Assembly: GCA_964549615.1 (NCBI GenBank) | Contig: CAZJVP010000081.1 | Location: 1-64,000 of the forward strand | Reading direction: 5' to 3' | DNA length: 64,000 nt | Source: an uncultured Thermococci archaeon | Lineage (GTDB): Archaea > CAYQAE01 > CAYVLA01 | In this document: positions 9,392 to 19,494 of the stretch, in pieces | How positions within the stretch are numbered: the first letter of the stretch is position 1 | How the letters are laid out: each line of letters opens with the position of its first letter | Made by a program: the position numbers and the translations under genes | The notes under the pieces: model-generated | Database searches by the model: none | Told to the model about the DNA's origin: nothing | The model's input: the letters and a program-made list of their open reading frames with translations, nothing else

Positions 9392-11638
9392 TCAGCGACG
9401 CCGCGTCACGGCCTCAAACAGCAGCAGTTCGGAGCATTGATCGGGTTTGGCACGGATCTTCAGGCCCTCGCTCCTCAACCTCCCACCTGCGAGTACGCGT
9501 TGAGCCCCACTTCTGTCAAAGCTCACCGTATACCGACGCTTCCCGTCAAGGCCTTTAGGCCTGAATATGTACTCACCTTCCTCCTTGCGCAAGTGAACGA
9601 CGGTGGCCCATCCCCGGGTCCCGTCCCGAGATACAAATTCCATGGCCAGCCAATCCCCCGACTCGACTCCGCCCGCCTCGCTGACTGGTGCATGATGGTA
9701 TACCCGGCAGGTGCAGAGCATGGGCCTGATGAAGCTCTTGTAGATGCGCGCGAAATGGGCGAACCTAGACTTGGCCTCAGGCCCAAATTCATCAACGCTC
9801 TGGGGCAGGATTGTGGTGAAGAACATCGGGGTCAGTCCCAGGGCGTACGCGCCGCGCAGCGACGTATCCAGATCCGGCATATCCGTAGGGCGGGAAAGGC
9901 CGAACGCGTTCACCAAGATCTCGGGCGGCAAGAAGACGCTCAAGCCTGCGAGCCTTCGGAAGGAGTTGAGCTGTCCGCCCGCATCGCTTGTGAAGTGCTC
10001 GTGGAACGTTCCCACCGTCGCCAAGTCCAGCCGGTATCCTCCCGCAGAGGCCTGTTGCAGGATGAGATGCGGGTACTTCGTCCGAAGGCGATCGAAGATT
10101 CCGTAGAATGCCTCATAGTACCGCATATAGTCGCTCTCGACCATCCTGGCCCTGCCGCGAGGCTTCTGTCCGCCGCCGGCTCCAGGAGGACAGTGAACGA
10201 TGCCATTCGAATCATGTCTGTACAGGTCCAGCCCATAGTGTTCGATGATGCGGACCAGCTCCGACTCCATGTACATCGCAGCCTCGGGCACGGTGAGATC
10301 CAAGTTGAATCGGATGAACCACTCCGGGTGATCCCTGAACACCTGGCTCTCCTTCCAGAAGCCTACCGGTGTCCCAGCGTCCCAAACCGCACAGGTGTCG
10401 CCGTCACGGCCCCCCTCCGTCTCAAAGTAAAGGCCGAAGAGCAGTCCCTTGCTATGGGCGTACTCGATTAGCGGGCCCAAGCCGCGTGGAAAACGGACTC
10501 TGTGGGGAACCAACCAATTGCCGTACCCGGAGACCCACGTGGGACCGTCGAGGATGAACACCTCCAGCCCCGCGGATGCGGCAACGTCGATGCACTTCAT
10601 GATGTTGGCCTCATTGAACGCCTCCCCGGGATAGTGACAGATCGCCCAATCCCCGGGCACGAGGTACTGGCTTAGAAATGCACGGTTCGGGTCGCGGGGA
10701 GGGATAACGCTGCGCCGGATGTGGTCATGCATGGCGTGGACCGCCGCATCGAAATCACCCTTGACGCACCCCAGATGCACGGTGGGGGTCTGCACGGTCT
10801 CCCCGGGCCCCAACACGCGCAGCGCTTTCGGCGCAATCGGCTCGATCTTGAACGAAACCCCCTTTCCGCGGTGAAACTCCATCTTGTAGTTGGCCGGCCA
10901 GGCGAGCTGCCCGAAGAAGTACTCACCTTTCGAGGGATTCCGGAGAACGAAGTAGGGATCGTCCCACAAACGGTCCGTGTCGTTGCGAAAGACATTGGCT
11001 CCTTTGTTCAGGGGTTCCCAGCCGAACCATCCCTCCCAGCCAACCTCCCTGCGAAGCGAGTGGCCCAGATTGAGCGGGGCATCCCTTCGCCAGAGACGGC
11101 CGGCCCAGGGAGCCAGTCCCGTCAGCGCCACGGGGCCGTCGTGGCGATTCGTGATGTCCAGCCAACGCGTCATCACCGGCGTCCCATCCACGACGGTGTG
11201 CACCCTTACGTCGATAGGGCGGACCTTGTTGGCAAGATCAACCACGAAGTGGTGATGGCCTTTGGGGGCCTCTTCCAACTCGGAGCCAGATAGGAAATGC
11301 CAGCCCGTGGCGAGCACCTCCTCAGGCTCATCGACCGAACCAGCGTACTTGAACCTAACCTCGAAAGCCTCGGAGTCCCAGAGGCGCTTGGCACGCGTGC
11401 CGACGACGACCGACCAAAGCCTCCCGCACCAACGGCCACCAACCATGGATTCCACGTAGACCGCTCCGCCGCTCGTGAAAACCACTTGATGCTCGGGCCC
11501 GCTGCACGGTGCAATCCCACATTCCCCAGCCGGTTCAGGGCGCAGGCCCCCGGTCATCCTGTCGCGCCTGCGGCTTCTGGCCTTGCTTGATTCCACCGAC
11601 CTCACGCTCTTTTTGCTCCCGGCGGTTGCACCACCCAT
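9392..11638 (-). CDS. Alpha-galactosidase, GH36-like
   Basis: EVFILDG..W, RFPRGL..L..YAHSKGLLFGLYFETE, LDLTVPEA, nucleophile region YRHDSN, ASAGGYRLD, FTSD; GH36 C-terminal domain. The true start may be 11554. Confidence 0.85.
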   Translation of the reverse strand: MGGATAGSKKSVRSVESSKARSRRRDRMTGGLRPEPAGECGIAPCSGPEHQVVFTSGGAVYVESMVGGRWCGRLWSVVVGTRAKRLWDSEAFEVRFKYAGSVDEPEEVLATGWHFLSGSELEEAPKGHHHFVVDLANKVRPIDVRVHTVVDGTPVMTRWLDITNRHDGPVALTGLAPWAGRLWRRDAPLNLGHSLRREVGWEGWFGWEPLNKGANVFRNDTDRLWDDPYFVLRNPSKGEYFFGQLAWPANYKMEFHRGKGVSFKIEPIAPKALRVLGPGETVQTPTVHLGCVKGDFDAAVHAMHDHIRRSVIPPRDPNRAFLSQYLVPGDWAICHYPGEAFNEANIMKCIDVAASAGLEVFILDGPTWVSGYGNWLVPHRVRFPRGLGPLIEYAHSKGLLFGLYFETEGGRDGDTCAVWDAGTPVGFWKESQVFRDHPEWFIRFNLDLTVPEAAMYMESELVRIIEHYGLDLYRHDSNGIVHCPPGAGGGQKPRGRARMVESDYMRYYEAFYGIFDRLRTKYPHLILQQASAGGYRLDLATVGTFHEHFTSDAGGQLNSFRRLAGLSVFLPPEILVNAFGLSRPTDMPDLDTSLRGAYALGLTPMFFTTILPQSVDEFGPEAKSRFAHFARIYKSFIRPMLCTCRVYHHAPVSEAGGVESGDWLAMEFVSRDGTRGWATVVHLRKEEGEYIFRPKGLDGKRRYTVSFDRSGAQRVLAGGRLRSEGLKIRAKPDQCSELLLFEAVTRRR

Positions 11639-11935
11639 TGATAACTGGCAGTGGCATCAAAGCAGCCCTTATCGCCTGCCCGTGCGATCTGGTGCGGTCG
11701 ACCGGGGCAGAGGCCATCGTCAACGTCATGTTCACGTTATGGCTGGCCGCGGAAGGTATCTGGAAGAGAACCGTCCCGACTGCGTCTCTGATCGCAGACC
11801 CACGACCCCGACGATCCTCGTCGCCCAGAAGTCCAACCAAGTCCAACGGGATTCTTTCGGCCAAGTCGGCGAGCACCGTGCTGCGGGAGCGGGAGATGCC
11901 ATAAAGTTAAGAGCCGCCAAGCTTGCGTCGGTGGC

Positions 11936-13504
11936 GTGTCTGTTCCGAAGACTTGGCTTGCGCGCAGCGAGGTGTACGGCGAAGCCATCCGGGATTGGGT
12001 GCAGCTCAGCCGCTACCGCTTCGATTTCGTGACCCACGTGCCCCCGCTGAAGGAGTGGATGACCCGGCTTCGATCCATCGGCAGCAGGCCGATTCCGTAT
12101 GTCACGATGTATCAACAGCCCATGTCTTGCACCTACCAGGGCATCGATCTGAGGAAGCATACGGACTGGATCGAGGTCGACCGAGCCGGAAACTGGAAGA
12201 GAACCAGCTTCTGGGATAGCGAGGACCAGAAGAACTGGTACATCACATGCCCCAACACCGCTGGCTACGTTGATGCCATCCTCAAACACGTCTCGTCCCT
12301 CATGGAGGCCGGGGCGGCAGGCATATTTGTCGATAACGTAGGGATCAGGCAGAAGTGTTTCGGCCCCGAGTACGGCGTCCACGAGCATGCCTTCCCGGAC
12401 CAGACGGAGGCCTTCGCGGCGTTGCTGGGGAAGGCAAGGGAGGTGGTGCGGAAGCATGATCCGGAGGGGGTTCTGTTGCTGAATTCCGCCAGCCCCGATA
12501 CCCTGCCGGACGAGTTTTGGGCGAACGCAGACGCCGACATGGCGGAGTCCTACATATGCACTTGGGTTTCGGACAAGCGCTGGCTCGACTGGCACGGACA
12601 ATGGAACTCCATGGGCCGAAAGGTATCCAGATGGATCGACAAGGGCAAGGCCGTTCTAGCCCTGAGCTACCTTGGGCACACGAAAAACCCCATCAAGGAC
12701 GATGCCTACTTCTGCTACTGTTCGGCCCGTCTTTCGGGCTTCCTCTGGTCGGCCGGCGGAGACATCCTCAAAGGCGACCTGGCAGAGGTTCTCTACAGCG
12801 TGCGTCTCGGCCCGGCCGTCGGACCGGAGATGGAGAAGGACGGGATACATTACAGAGAGTTCGAGCAAGGTGTGATCGCCGTGAACCCTGAGAAAGAACC
12901 TAGGAACATCTCCCTCTCCGGTCGCCCCGGCCACAGGATTCTGGACCTTTATGATCAGTCGGTCGTGTCAAACTGGGGTCGGAATGCCACGGTGGTTATC
13001 CCGCCGGAGTCCGGCCGTGTGTACCTGTACGAGCCAGGAGAACCGTGCCCTGACCCTGAGCCCCACATGCTCAAAATATCAACCTTACCAGCACTTGGCA
13101 ACGTCAAGTTCCTCGTCGACGGGGTTGAGACCTTCACGCATAGCGGGCGCTGGACCACGGCCTATGAGAAGGGCCCCGCGTTCGGAACAGTGACCTTGAA
13201 GTACGGAAGGCCGGGGAAGCACGTGGTCGAAGCTGCGGACGTGAGGGCCAAGGGCCTTGAGATCTCAAAAGGCTATGGCTCGATCGAGAAGCTTGGGCAG
13301 CTCATGGACCCTGCCGAGCCCACGAAGCCGATGAAAGGAACCGCTTACCGCTTCGCAGGGTGGAGGCTTGAGAAACGGACCATTGCGTCCAGAACGATCA
13401 CGGCCCACGTTGAGGATGAGACCCACCTCGTTGCTTTGTACGCCAGATGCCCCAGGCGCATGCGCAAGAGAAAGCCGCAAGCCCGCCATGAACGGCCGTC
13501 ATGA
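11936..13504 (+). CDS. Putative glycoside hydrolase (TIM-barrel) with C-terminal beta domains
   Basis: HTDWI..D..G, CPNTAGY, GAAGIFVDN, LLLNS, MAESY, and the YREFEQGVIAVNP segment seen in GH-like hypotheticals; TATA-like AAAGTTAA at ~11903. Confidence 0.6.
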   Translation: MSVPKTWLARSEVYGEAIRDWVQLSRYRFDFVTHVPPLKEWMTRLRSIGSRPIPYVTMYQQPMSCTYQGIDLRKHTDWIEVDRAGNWKRTSFWDSEDQKNWYITCPNTAGYVDAILKHVSSLMEAGAAGIFVDNVGIRQKCFGPEYGVHEHAFPDQTEAFAALLGKAREVVRKHDPEGVLLLNSASPDTLPDEFWANADADMAESYICTWVSDKRWLDWHGQWNSMGRKVSRWIDKGKAVLALSYLGHTKNPIKDDAYFCYCSARLSGFLWSAGGDILKGDLAEVLYSVRLGPAVGPEMEKDGIHYREFEQGVIAVNPEKEPRNISLSGRPGHRILDLYDQSVVSNWGRNATVVIPPESGRVYLYEPGEPCPDPEPHMLKISTLPALGNVKFLVDGVETFTHSGRWTTAYEKGPAFGTVTLKYGRPGKHVVEAADVRAKGLEISKGYGSIEKLGQLMDPAEPTKPMKGTAYRFAGWRLEKRTIASRTITAHVEDETHLVALYARCPRRMRKRKPQARHERPS

Positions 13505-13607
13505 CCCAGCTCGACGGAAACGGGCCCGCATGATCCAACAGACATACACATCGATGGACGCACACACTTGTATTCCCACGCCCGGCCGCACCTTTTTTCA
13601 AGGCCGC

Positions 13608-14867
13608 GTGATACGCGCCAACGCCTTGAGATTTCCGGCGGTCCGGCGTGCGGTGTGGCTGGCCTTTTCGGTGGCCCTCCTCGCTTTTGCGCACGCAAAG
13701 GTTGATCCGTCCTCTGGCGTGATCAGGGTCATTTCCATCGGCGAATCGTATTATCCTGAGACGAGGTTGCCCTTCATGCTCAGAGCGGATCCCAGGATAT
13801 CGTACCAGCCCGTCCCGACCAACTGGTACGAGGGAACATTTCAGGCCGTCGGACGAGACCGAAAGGACGCCGAGAAATTCCTGCGTCTGTACATCCCCCG
13901 CACCTACGAGAGGTTCGTCGAGGGCTACGACGTGATCCTGCTGTCCGACTTTGAGGTGGACATCATACCGCCTGAGCAGTTCGTCTGGATGGAGGTGTCC
14001 GTGCGCCAAGACGGCATGGGCATAGGCAAATATGAGATGAACTATGATCCAGCGCACTGGCGCACCTTCGACCTCTTCAGGACACTGGCCGTCTACGACG
14101 CTTTTCCGACGGATCTAATCTGGGGAAAGGAGTTCAGCGGGGTTGGGCTCTATGCCGTTCGGATGGAGGCGACGGGCAGGCCGCATCCTATCCTGGATCT
14201 ACCCAACATGATCAACGACAGGATTCCTGTCGACATAGGCAGCGGCAAGGCTGGCTACGAGCAGCCACGGCCCGGAGCGCTCGTGATCGCGAGGTATGCG
14301 CCCAACGACGAGCCCGGCATCATCCTTCGAAGATACGGGGAGGGCAACGCCATGACCTGCGTGCCGGGCCACGACACCATCGACTGGAGCCTTTCCGAGT
14401 ACTGGCCCTACACGGTCGATTTCTGGATCAACCAAGTCTGGTACCTTGCGGGCATAGAAATCCCCAGCGACATCGGATCGATCCACAACCTCCGGCAAGA
14501 ATTCCTTTCATATTCCGCGCAGAGAACCCTCGCCCTTTCCACGATCGATTTCATCGAGAGATTCGGCGCCCGAACCGGAGCGCTGTATGAAAGGCTTGCT
14601 GAGACGGACCGCAAGAAGATGCAGGCTGACGAACTCTACAGGAAAGACAGGCTGGAAGACAGCGTGGACATGATGGAGCAGGCCCTGGAAGGCCTGCGGC
14701 AGGTCGCGGCTGAGTCGGTCAAGGTCAAGGCGGCCACGCTCATCTGGATCTACTCGGTGGAGTGGGCGGCGGTGAGCGGTACCGGGGTCCTGACTGGCCT
14801 GATCCTTTGGACCCTCATGATCAGAAGGCGTTTTTACCGCGAGGCGGGCCTAACCAGGTCCGGTTGA
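13608..14867 (+). CDS. Membrane-anchored surface protein, paralogue 3 of 6
   Basis: Signal-like RRAVWLAFSVALLAFAHA; DPRISY; RLYIPRTYE..YDVILLSD; WPYTVDF; FGA; KAATLIWIYSVEWAAVSGTG..LWTLMIRRRFYREAG. The GTG start at 13608 is inferred. Confidence 0.8.
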   Translation: MIRANALRFPAVRRAVWLAFSVALLAFAHAKVDPSSGVIRVISIGESYYPETRLPFMLRADPRISYQPVPTNWYEGTFQAVGRDRKDAEKFLRLYIPRTYERFVEGYDVILLSDFEVDIIPPEQFVWMEVSVRQDGMGIGKYEMNYDPAHWRTFDLFRTLAVYDAFPTDLIWGKEFSGVGLYAVRMEATGRPHPILDLPNMINDRIPVDIGSGKAGYEQPRPGALVIARYAPNDEPGIILRRYGEGNAMTCVPGHDTIDWSLSEYWPYTVDFWINQVWYLAGIEIPSDIGSIHNLRQEFLSYSAQRTLALSTIDFIERFGARTGALYERLAETDRKKMQADELYRKDRLEDSVDMMEQALEGLRQVAAESVKVKAATLIWIYSVEWAAVSGTGVLTGLILWTLMIRRRFYREAGLTRSG

Positions 14868-15416
14868 GACTGGAGGCTTCTGCCGCGCAGTCCAGTCAAG
14901 CCCGCCGCGCGAGGTGTCGGGGGAAGCCATGGGACCCGGTCGCGGGCCGAAACCAAGCCTCCCGCCGCAAGGCTGCGGCTGATCGCTGAACCGCCATCGG
15001 CGTTGAAGGCACGCGCAAGCCCCTGGCAACCCGATGACTCTGATTTCGATCGCGAGAACGAGAACATGTACGTCTCAGCATGGAGAAGAAATCCATGGCG
15101 AATGTGCTTGAAGGGACTGCCCTTGCGGAGGCTCGGACAAACCCCAGCAGGGAACCCCAGCCGCTCGGCCAGCCGGGGCCGCCCACGTCAATGCTGCTGG
15201 GTTGCGAGAAGACTTATAAGATTCGATTCCGGGTTCCGGGGAGGCGAACGAAGCTTCACGGGAATGGTGCTCCGCAAAGGGCGGGGAAGGGGCGGCTTGG
15301 TCGCCAAGACATGAAACTTCTCACAGCGACAACCAACCCGGCGGAGGCCACTGGGCACGAAACTCGACAACTCATACAGTCACGACGCATCGCATTGAGC
15401 ACGCAGGCGAAATGAC

Positions 15417-16448
15417 ATGAAAGACCTTGCGATCAGGACGGATGGCCTGACGAAGACATTCGGGGATTTCGTGGCGGTCGACCACGTGACCTTCGAGGTG
15501 AAGAAGGGCGAGATCTTCGGTTTTCTGGGGCCGAACGGAGCCGGGAAATCAACGACCATAAGGATGCTATGCACCCTGAGCAGGCCCACCGAGGGCACTG
15601 CAACCGTGGCTGGCTACGACATCGTGAAAGAGGACGCAAAGGTTAGGGAGCACATAGGCCTGGTCTCCGAGAAGATGATAATGTACAACGAGCTCACCGC
15701 CAAGGAAAACCTGAGCCTCTTCGGGAGGATGTACGACATACCGAAGGATGTCTTGGAGACGAGGATACGTGAACTGCTGCAGTTCGTGCACTTGGAGAAG
15801 TGGGCAGACAACAGGATAGGGACGTTTTCAACCGGCATGAAACAGAGGATAAACGTCATCCGCGCCATGCTGAACCAGCCGGAGATCCTTTTCCTCGACG
15901 AGCCCACGCTCGGGCTGGACCCGGCCTCGACCGCTGAGATCCGGGAATTGATTCGAGAGATCAACGCGGAGAGCGGGACCACGATGATCCTCACGACCCA
16001 CATGATGGTCGAGGCAGACATGCTGTGCGGCAGGATAGGCATAATCGATCGCGGGAAGATCGTTGCGCTCGACACGCCTGCGAACCTGAAGAAGATCGTT
16101 TCCGGTACCGACACCACCATACTGGAGTTTGAGATCCCCCATATCGGCCCCTCCCTCATTGCAGCGATCAGGTCGCTTGAATGCGTCGGCTCGATCGTGC
16201 AGGCCGATGAAACCCACGTGAAGGTCCATGCCAAGGGAGACGATTCATTCGACGTCCTGGTGGACACCATACGGAGGGAGGGAGGCAGGATCAAGACTGT
16301 AAGGAACCTCGAGCCGTCACTGGAGGACGTCTTCCTCCACATAACTGGCCGAGAGGTGAGGGACAAGGTTTCCGACGAGGCCAAGGCACCGCACATGAGG
16401 GGGCCACGGCACGGATGGGATCGTGTCAACGAGAGGGTGAGGCGGTAG
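15417..16448 (+). CDS. ABC transporter ATP-binding protein (DrrA-like exporter)
   Basis: Walker A GPNGAGKST, signature FSTGMKQR, Walker B ILFLDEPT, H-loop TTH, C-terminal EPSLEDVFL. Confidence 0.95.
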   Translation: MKDLAIRTDGLTKTFGDFVAVDHVTFEVKKGEIFGFLGPNGAGKSTTIRMLCTLSRPTEGTATVAGYDIVKEDAKVREHIGLVSEKMIMYNELTAKENLSLFGRMYDIPKDVLETRIRELLQFVHLEKWADNRIGTFSTGMKQRINVIRAMLNQPEILFLDEPTLGLDPASTAEIRELIREINAESGTTMILTTHMMVEADMLCGRIGIIDRGKIVALDTPANLKKIVSGTDTTILEFEIPHIGPSLIAAIRSLECVGSIVQADETHVKVHAKGDDSFDVLVDTIRREGGRIKTVRNLEPSLEDVFLHITGREVRDKVSDEAKAPHMRGPRHGWDRVNERVRR

Positions 16449-16449
16449 C

Positions 16450-17667
16450 ATGGGCGCGAGGAGGGTGTTGCGACACAGCGTATGGATTTGCTGGAAGGAT
16501 CTGCTCGAGTTCTCAAGGAGCAGACTAAGGCTGACGATGCTCGTCCTGATGCCGCTGTTCATGATGGGCATGGTGGGATTCATATTCCCGTCGAGCAGCA
16601 CCATGAAGCACCAGCCGGTGGCGATTGCGAACCAGGATGAGGGAGCAACTGCCGCAACGCCCAGCGGTGGCCCCGCTTACATCTCGTACGGCAGCATCTT
16701 CTTGGGCCAACTTGAGATGATGAACAACCAGACGGGAATGATGGACCTCAGCACCGCCAAGGACTTCGACGAGATAAGGCGCAAGATCCAAGATGGGAAG
16801 ATCAGCGGCGGGATCATCATACCCTCCAACTTCACATCGGAGATGTTGTCAGGAAAACAGGGCCAGATATCGGTCATAACCGACCAGTCCAACCCCCAGA
16901 TATCGTTGATGATCCAAACCACGCTCTCTAAGACGATCGAGTCCATGGGCACCCAGCTGGCAATCCAGAACCTCAACAGCACATACCACGTCCCCCTCGC
17001 CCGAGCGATCGCGATCATCAAGCCCTATGACGTCCAATTCAAGGGCGTCGTCCCCGGAGAGCCGAACTACTTCGAGTTCGTCGCGCCGGGGATCATCTCG
17101 ATGGTGGTGATGATGTCGCTGATGACTGGGCTCCCGCACGCGATCTCGTACGAGAAGGACATGGGAACCCTAGACGGGATGTTGGTCGCCCCCATAAACC
17201 GGCTCTCGATCATCCTCGGCAAGGTCATTGCCCAGACCGTCAGGGGCATGGTGCAGGGCTTCATAATCTTCGTGCTCGCCGTCTTCCTCTTCGGGGTCGT
17301 CATCTACGGCAGCATACCGCTGGTGATAGGACTCATCCTCCTGACCGTATTCAGCTTCGTTGGACTCGGGATACTGATCACGTCCTTTGCTGACAAGGAG
17401 GAGACGGCCACGATGGTCATGATGACGCTGATGTTCCCGATGATGTTCATGAGCGGCGTTTTCTTCCCGATTCAGCAGATGCCGTGGTATATGCAGGATG
17501 TGTCGCGGCTTCTGCCCCTGACGTATGCAGCCAGGGCGCTCAGGAAGGTCGTGGTTCTCGGCGCGGGAGTGTCGGCAGTATCAACCGAGATCGCCGTGCT
17601 CTTCGGATTCGGGCTGGTGCTACTGCTCATAGCCCTGCCCATGTTCAAAGCCGCAATGAGCAGGTAG
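16450..17667 (+). CDS. ABC-2 type transporter permease
   Basis: N-terminal TM, extracellular loop, EKDMGTLDGMLVAP..R..IILGK, FMSGVFFP..MP..LPLTY; lies 1 nt after the ATPase gene. Confidence 0.93.
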   Translation: MGARRVLRHSVWICWKDLLEFSRSRLRLTMLVLMPLFMMGMVGFIFPSSSTMKHQPVAIANQDEGATAATPSGGPAYISYGSIFLGQLEMMNNQTGMMDLSTAKDFDEIRRKIQDGKISGGIIIPSNFTSEMLSGKQGQISVITDQSNPQISLMIQTTLSKTIESMGTQLAIQNLNSTYHVPLARAIAIIKPYDVQFKGVVPGEPNYFEFVAPGIISMVVMMSLMTGLPHAISYEKDMGTLDGMLVAPINRLSIILGKVIAQTVRGMVQGFIIFVLAVFLFGVVIYGSIPLVIGLILLTVFSFVGLGILITSFADKEETATMVMMTLMFPMMFMSGVFFPIQQMPWYMQDVSRLLPLTYAARALRKVVVLGAGVSAVSTEIAVLFGFGLVLLLIALPMFKAAMSR

Positions 17668-18063
17668 TGGCAAGGGTCATCTGCCCGATGCAAGCAGCAT
17701 ATACCTCAGAGTGAGGCGGACCGACTTCCTGCGACTCGGGACATATCCTGATGCAAAGCACTAAGCCGCTGCACCCGCTAGGTCCCACTCGCCCGGAAAG
17801 AGGGAGCACACAAAATCCTCACAACCGATACGGACTTCAGAGGATTATGCGAAGCAGGGAGTTCGGGTACCTGAACCCAGTGCTCAGGAGGGTACTGGCA
17901 CCCTCGGACAGGGGACCGTCCAACAACACGGAGTACGTGGCGGATCGCCTCAAGCCCGCCCTTGCCTAGCCAGGGGCTGACTGCCCGAGAAAGATATCAG
18001 GACGCGGTGGCATGGAGGATGGGGCTGGAAAGGATAGGAAGGCTTGCCTAGGGGCGATTCGAG

Positions 18064-19353
18064 GTGCTTCATGCTAACGCTGACGAGCGACGGGCCCCAA
18101 GGTACGTGTGCAAGCGTACGTCAGCAACCGGTCGATGGCTGAGGGCATATCATGCACGCCGTTCACCCGTCGCAGTAGCGGTCTGGATTGTCCTAGCCTC
18201 CGCCGTGCTCGGGTTAATCGCCCCGGGCCGCTGCGCCTCGACCCAGAGCGAAAACGCCCAGATATCAGGCTTCCTGATGGGGCACTCCCAGTGGATCTGG
18301 GCCAACCCATTCCGCATCCTTTTCATCCGCGACCCCTTGTTTCGCCACGCGATCTATCCGCTTCCTCCCTTCATCTCGGAACAGGACAAGACAAAGCTCG
18401 ACAGGGTCTACTACCCGCGGACGAGGGATCTGCTCATCAACAACTACGATCTCATGGTCTTCCACGACATAAGGACGCCCTTCACTGCGAGGCAGGTGTA
18501 TGACCTCGACTACGCCTTCAGGGAAGCCGGGATGACAGCGATGTGCGGCCTATGCCTAGGCTGGGACTATGCATGGCAACCGACCATACTGGCGGACGTG
18601 CTGCCGATATCCGAACACGGTAGCGTGAGCCCCTTCTTCAGACCGTACTACGTCAAGTTCCGCAAGGAAAGGGATCCCGTGTTCCTCCCGTTCATCGAAC
18701 TTGGGATCGAAAGGGTCGTCGGGGACCAGTACTGCCAGATGCGCGCCAAAGAAGGAGCAACCGTATGGGGAGATGTCAAGCCCTACGACATCCCTTGGAT
18801 GGTGTCGTGGAGGCCCGGCGGCACGGATTCCGGGATGCAGTGGGTCGTCTCACACACGTTCGAAAGTTGGTGGGCGGAGGAGAATAACCCCTACGCGCTT
18901 GACGTGGCGACGAACATGATCTTCTACTCGCTTGGACGGCCCCTCGTGAGCGACATACACCTGAGGAGGGAGGCTCGACGCCTCTTCACGAACTTCCAGA
19001 CACAGAAATCGATCGTGCTCTCCATGATGGAGTGGGCGGAGAACTTCGGTGCCAACGTCGCCTCCATCTCCGAGAGGCTGAACGACCTGGAACGGGACAT
19101 GGATGAAGCCCGAGCGCACTACATACAGCAGGACTATCCGGCAGCGATCTTCTTCCTCGAATCCCTATCGGCCATCGTTGAGGGGATCACCCGGGATGCT
19201 TTGCATCTGAAGGACCAAGCCATGTTCTGGGTGTACACATCCGAATGGCTCATTGTGACCGCCACCGGAATCCTCGCTGGGGCCGCGGTCTGGAGCCTCA
19301 TGCTTAGAAGGATGATGTACTTGCAGGTTGGCACCACGAAGCTGCAGCGTTGA
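18064..19353 (+). CDS. Membrane-anchored surface protein, paralogue 4 of 6
   Basis: Signal-like VAVAVWIVLASAVLGLIA; DPLFR..KLDRVYYPRTRD..YD; NPYALDVATN; FGAN; KDQAMFWVYTSEWLIVTATG..WSLMLRRMMY. Start uncertain. Confidence 0.8.
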   Translation: MLHANADERRAPRYVCKRTSATGRWLRAYHARRSPVAVAVWIVLASAVLGLIAPGRCASTQSENAQISGFLMGHSQWIWANPFRILFIRDPLFRHAIYPLPPFISEQDKTKLDRVYYPRTRDLLINNYDLMVFHDIRTPFTARQVYDLDYAFREAGMTAMCGLCLGWDYAWQPTILADVLPISEHGSVSPFFRPYYVKFRKERDPVFLPFIELGIERVVGDQYCQMRAKEGATVWGDVKPYDIPWMVSWRPGGTDSGMQWVVSHTFESWWAEENNPYALDVATNMIFYSLGRPLVSDIHLRREARRLFTNFQTQKSIVLSMMEWAENFGANVASISERLNDLERDMDEARAHYIQQDYPAAIFFLESLSAIVEGITRDALHLKDQAMFWVYTSEWLIVTATGILAGAAVWSLMLRRMMYLQVGTTKLQR

Positions 19354-19494
19354 TTCTACCGCCGCATCCTGCGCCCGCCGTCCGAGGACCATGACACTTA
19401 ACAGGCATGTGCCAGACGAACGGTCGCGCCGAAGGACAGGAGGATGAAGGTAGCAGGACCTGCCCTTGACGCAAACCCCTCGGAGTGTGAAAAA

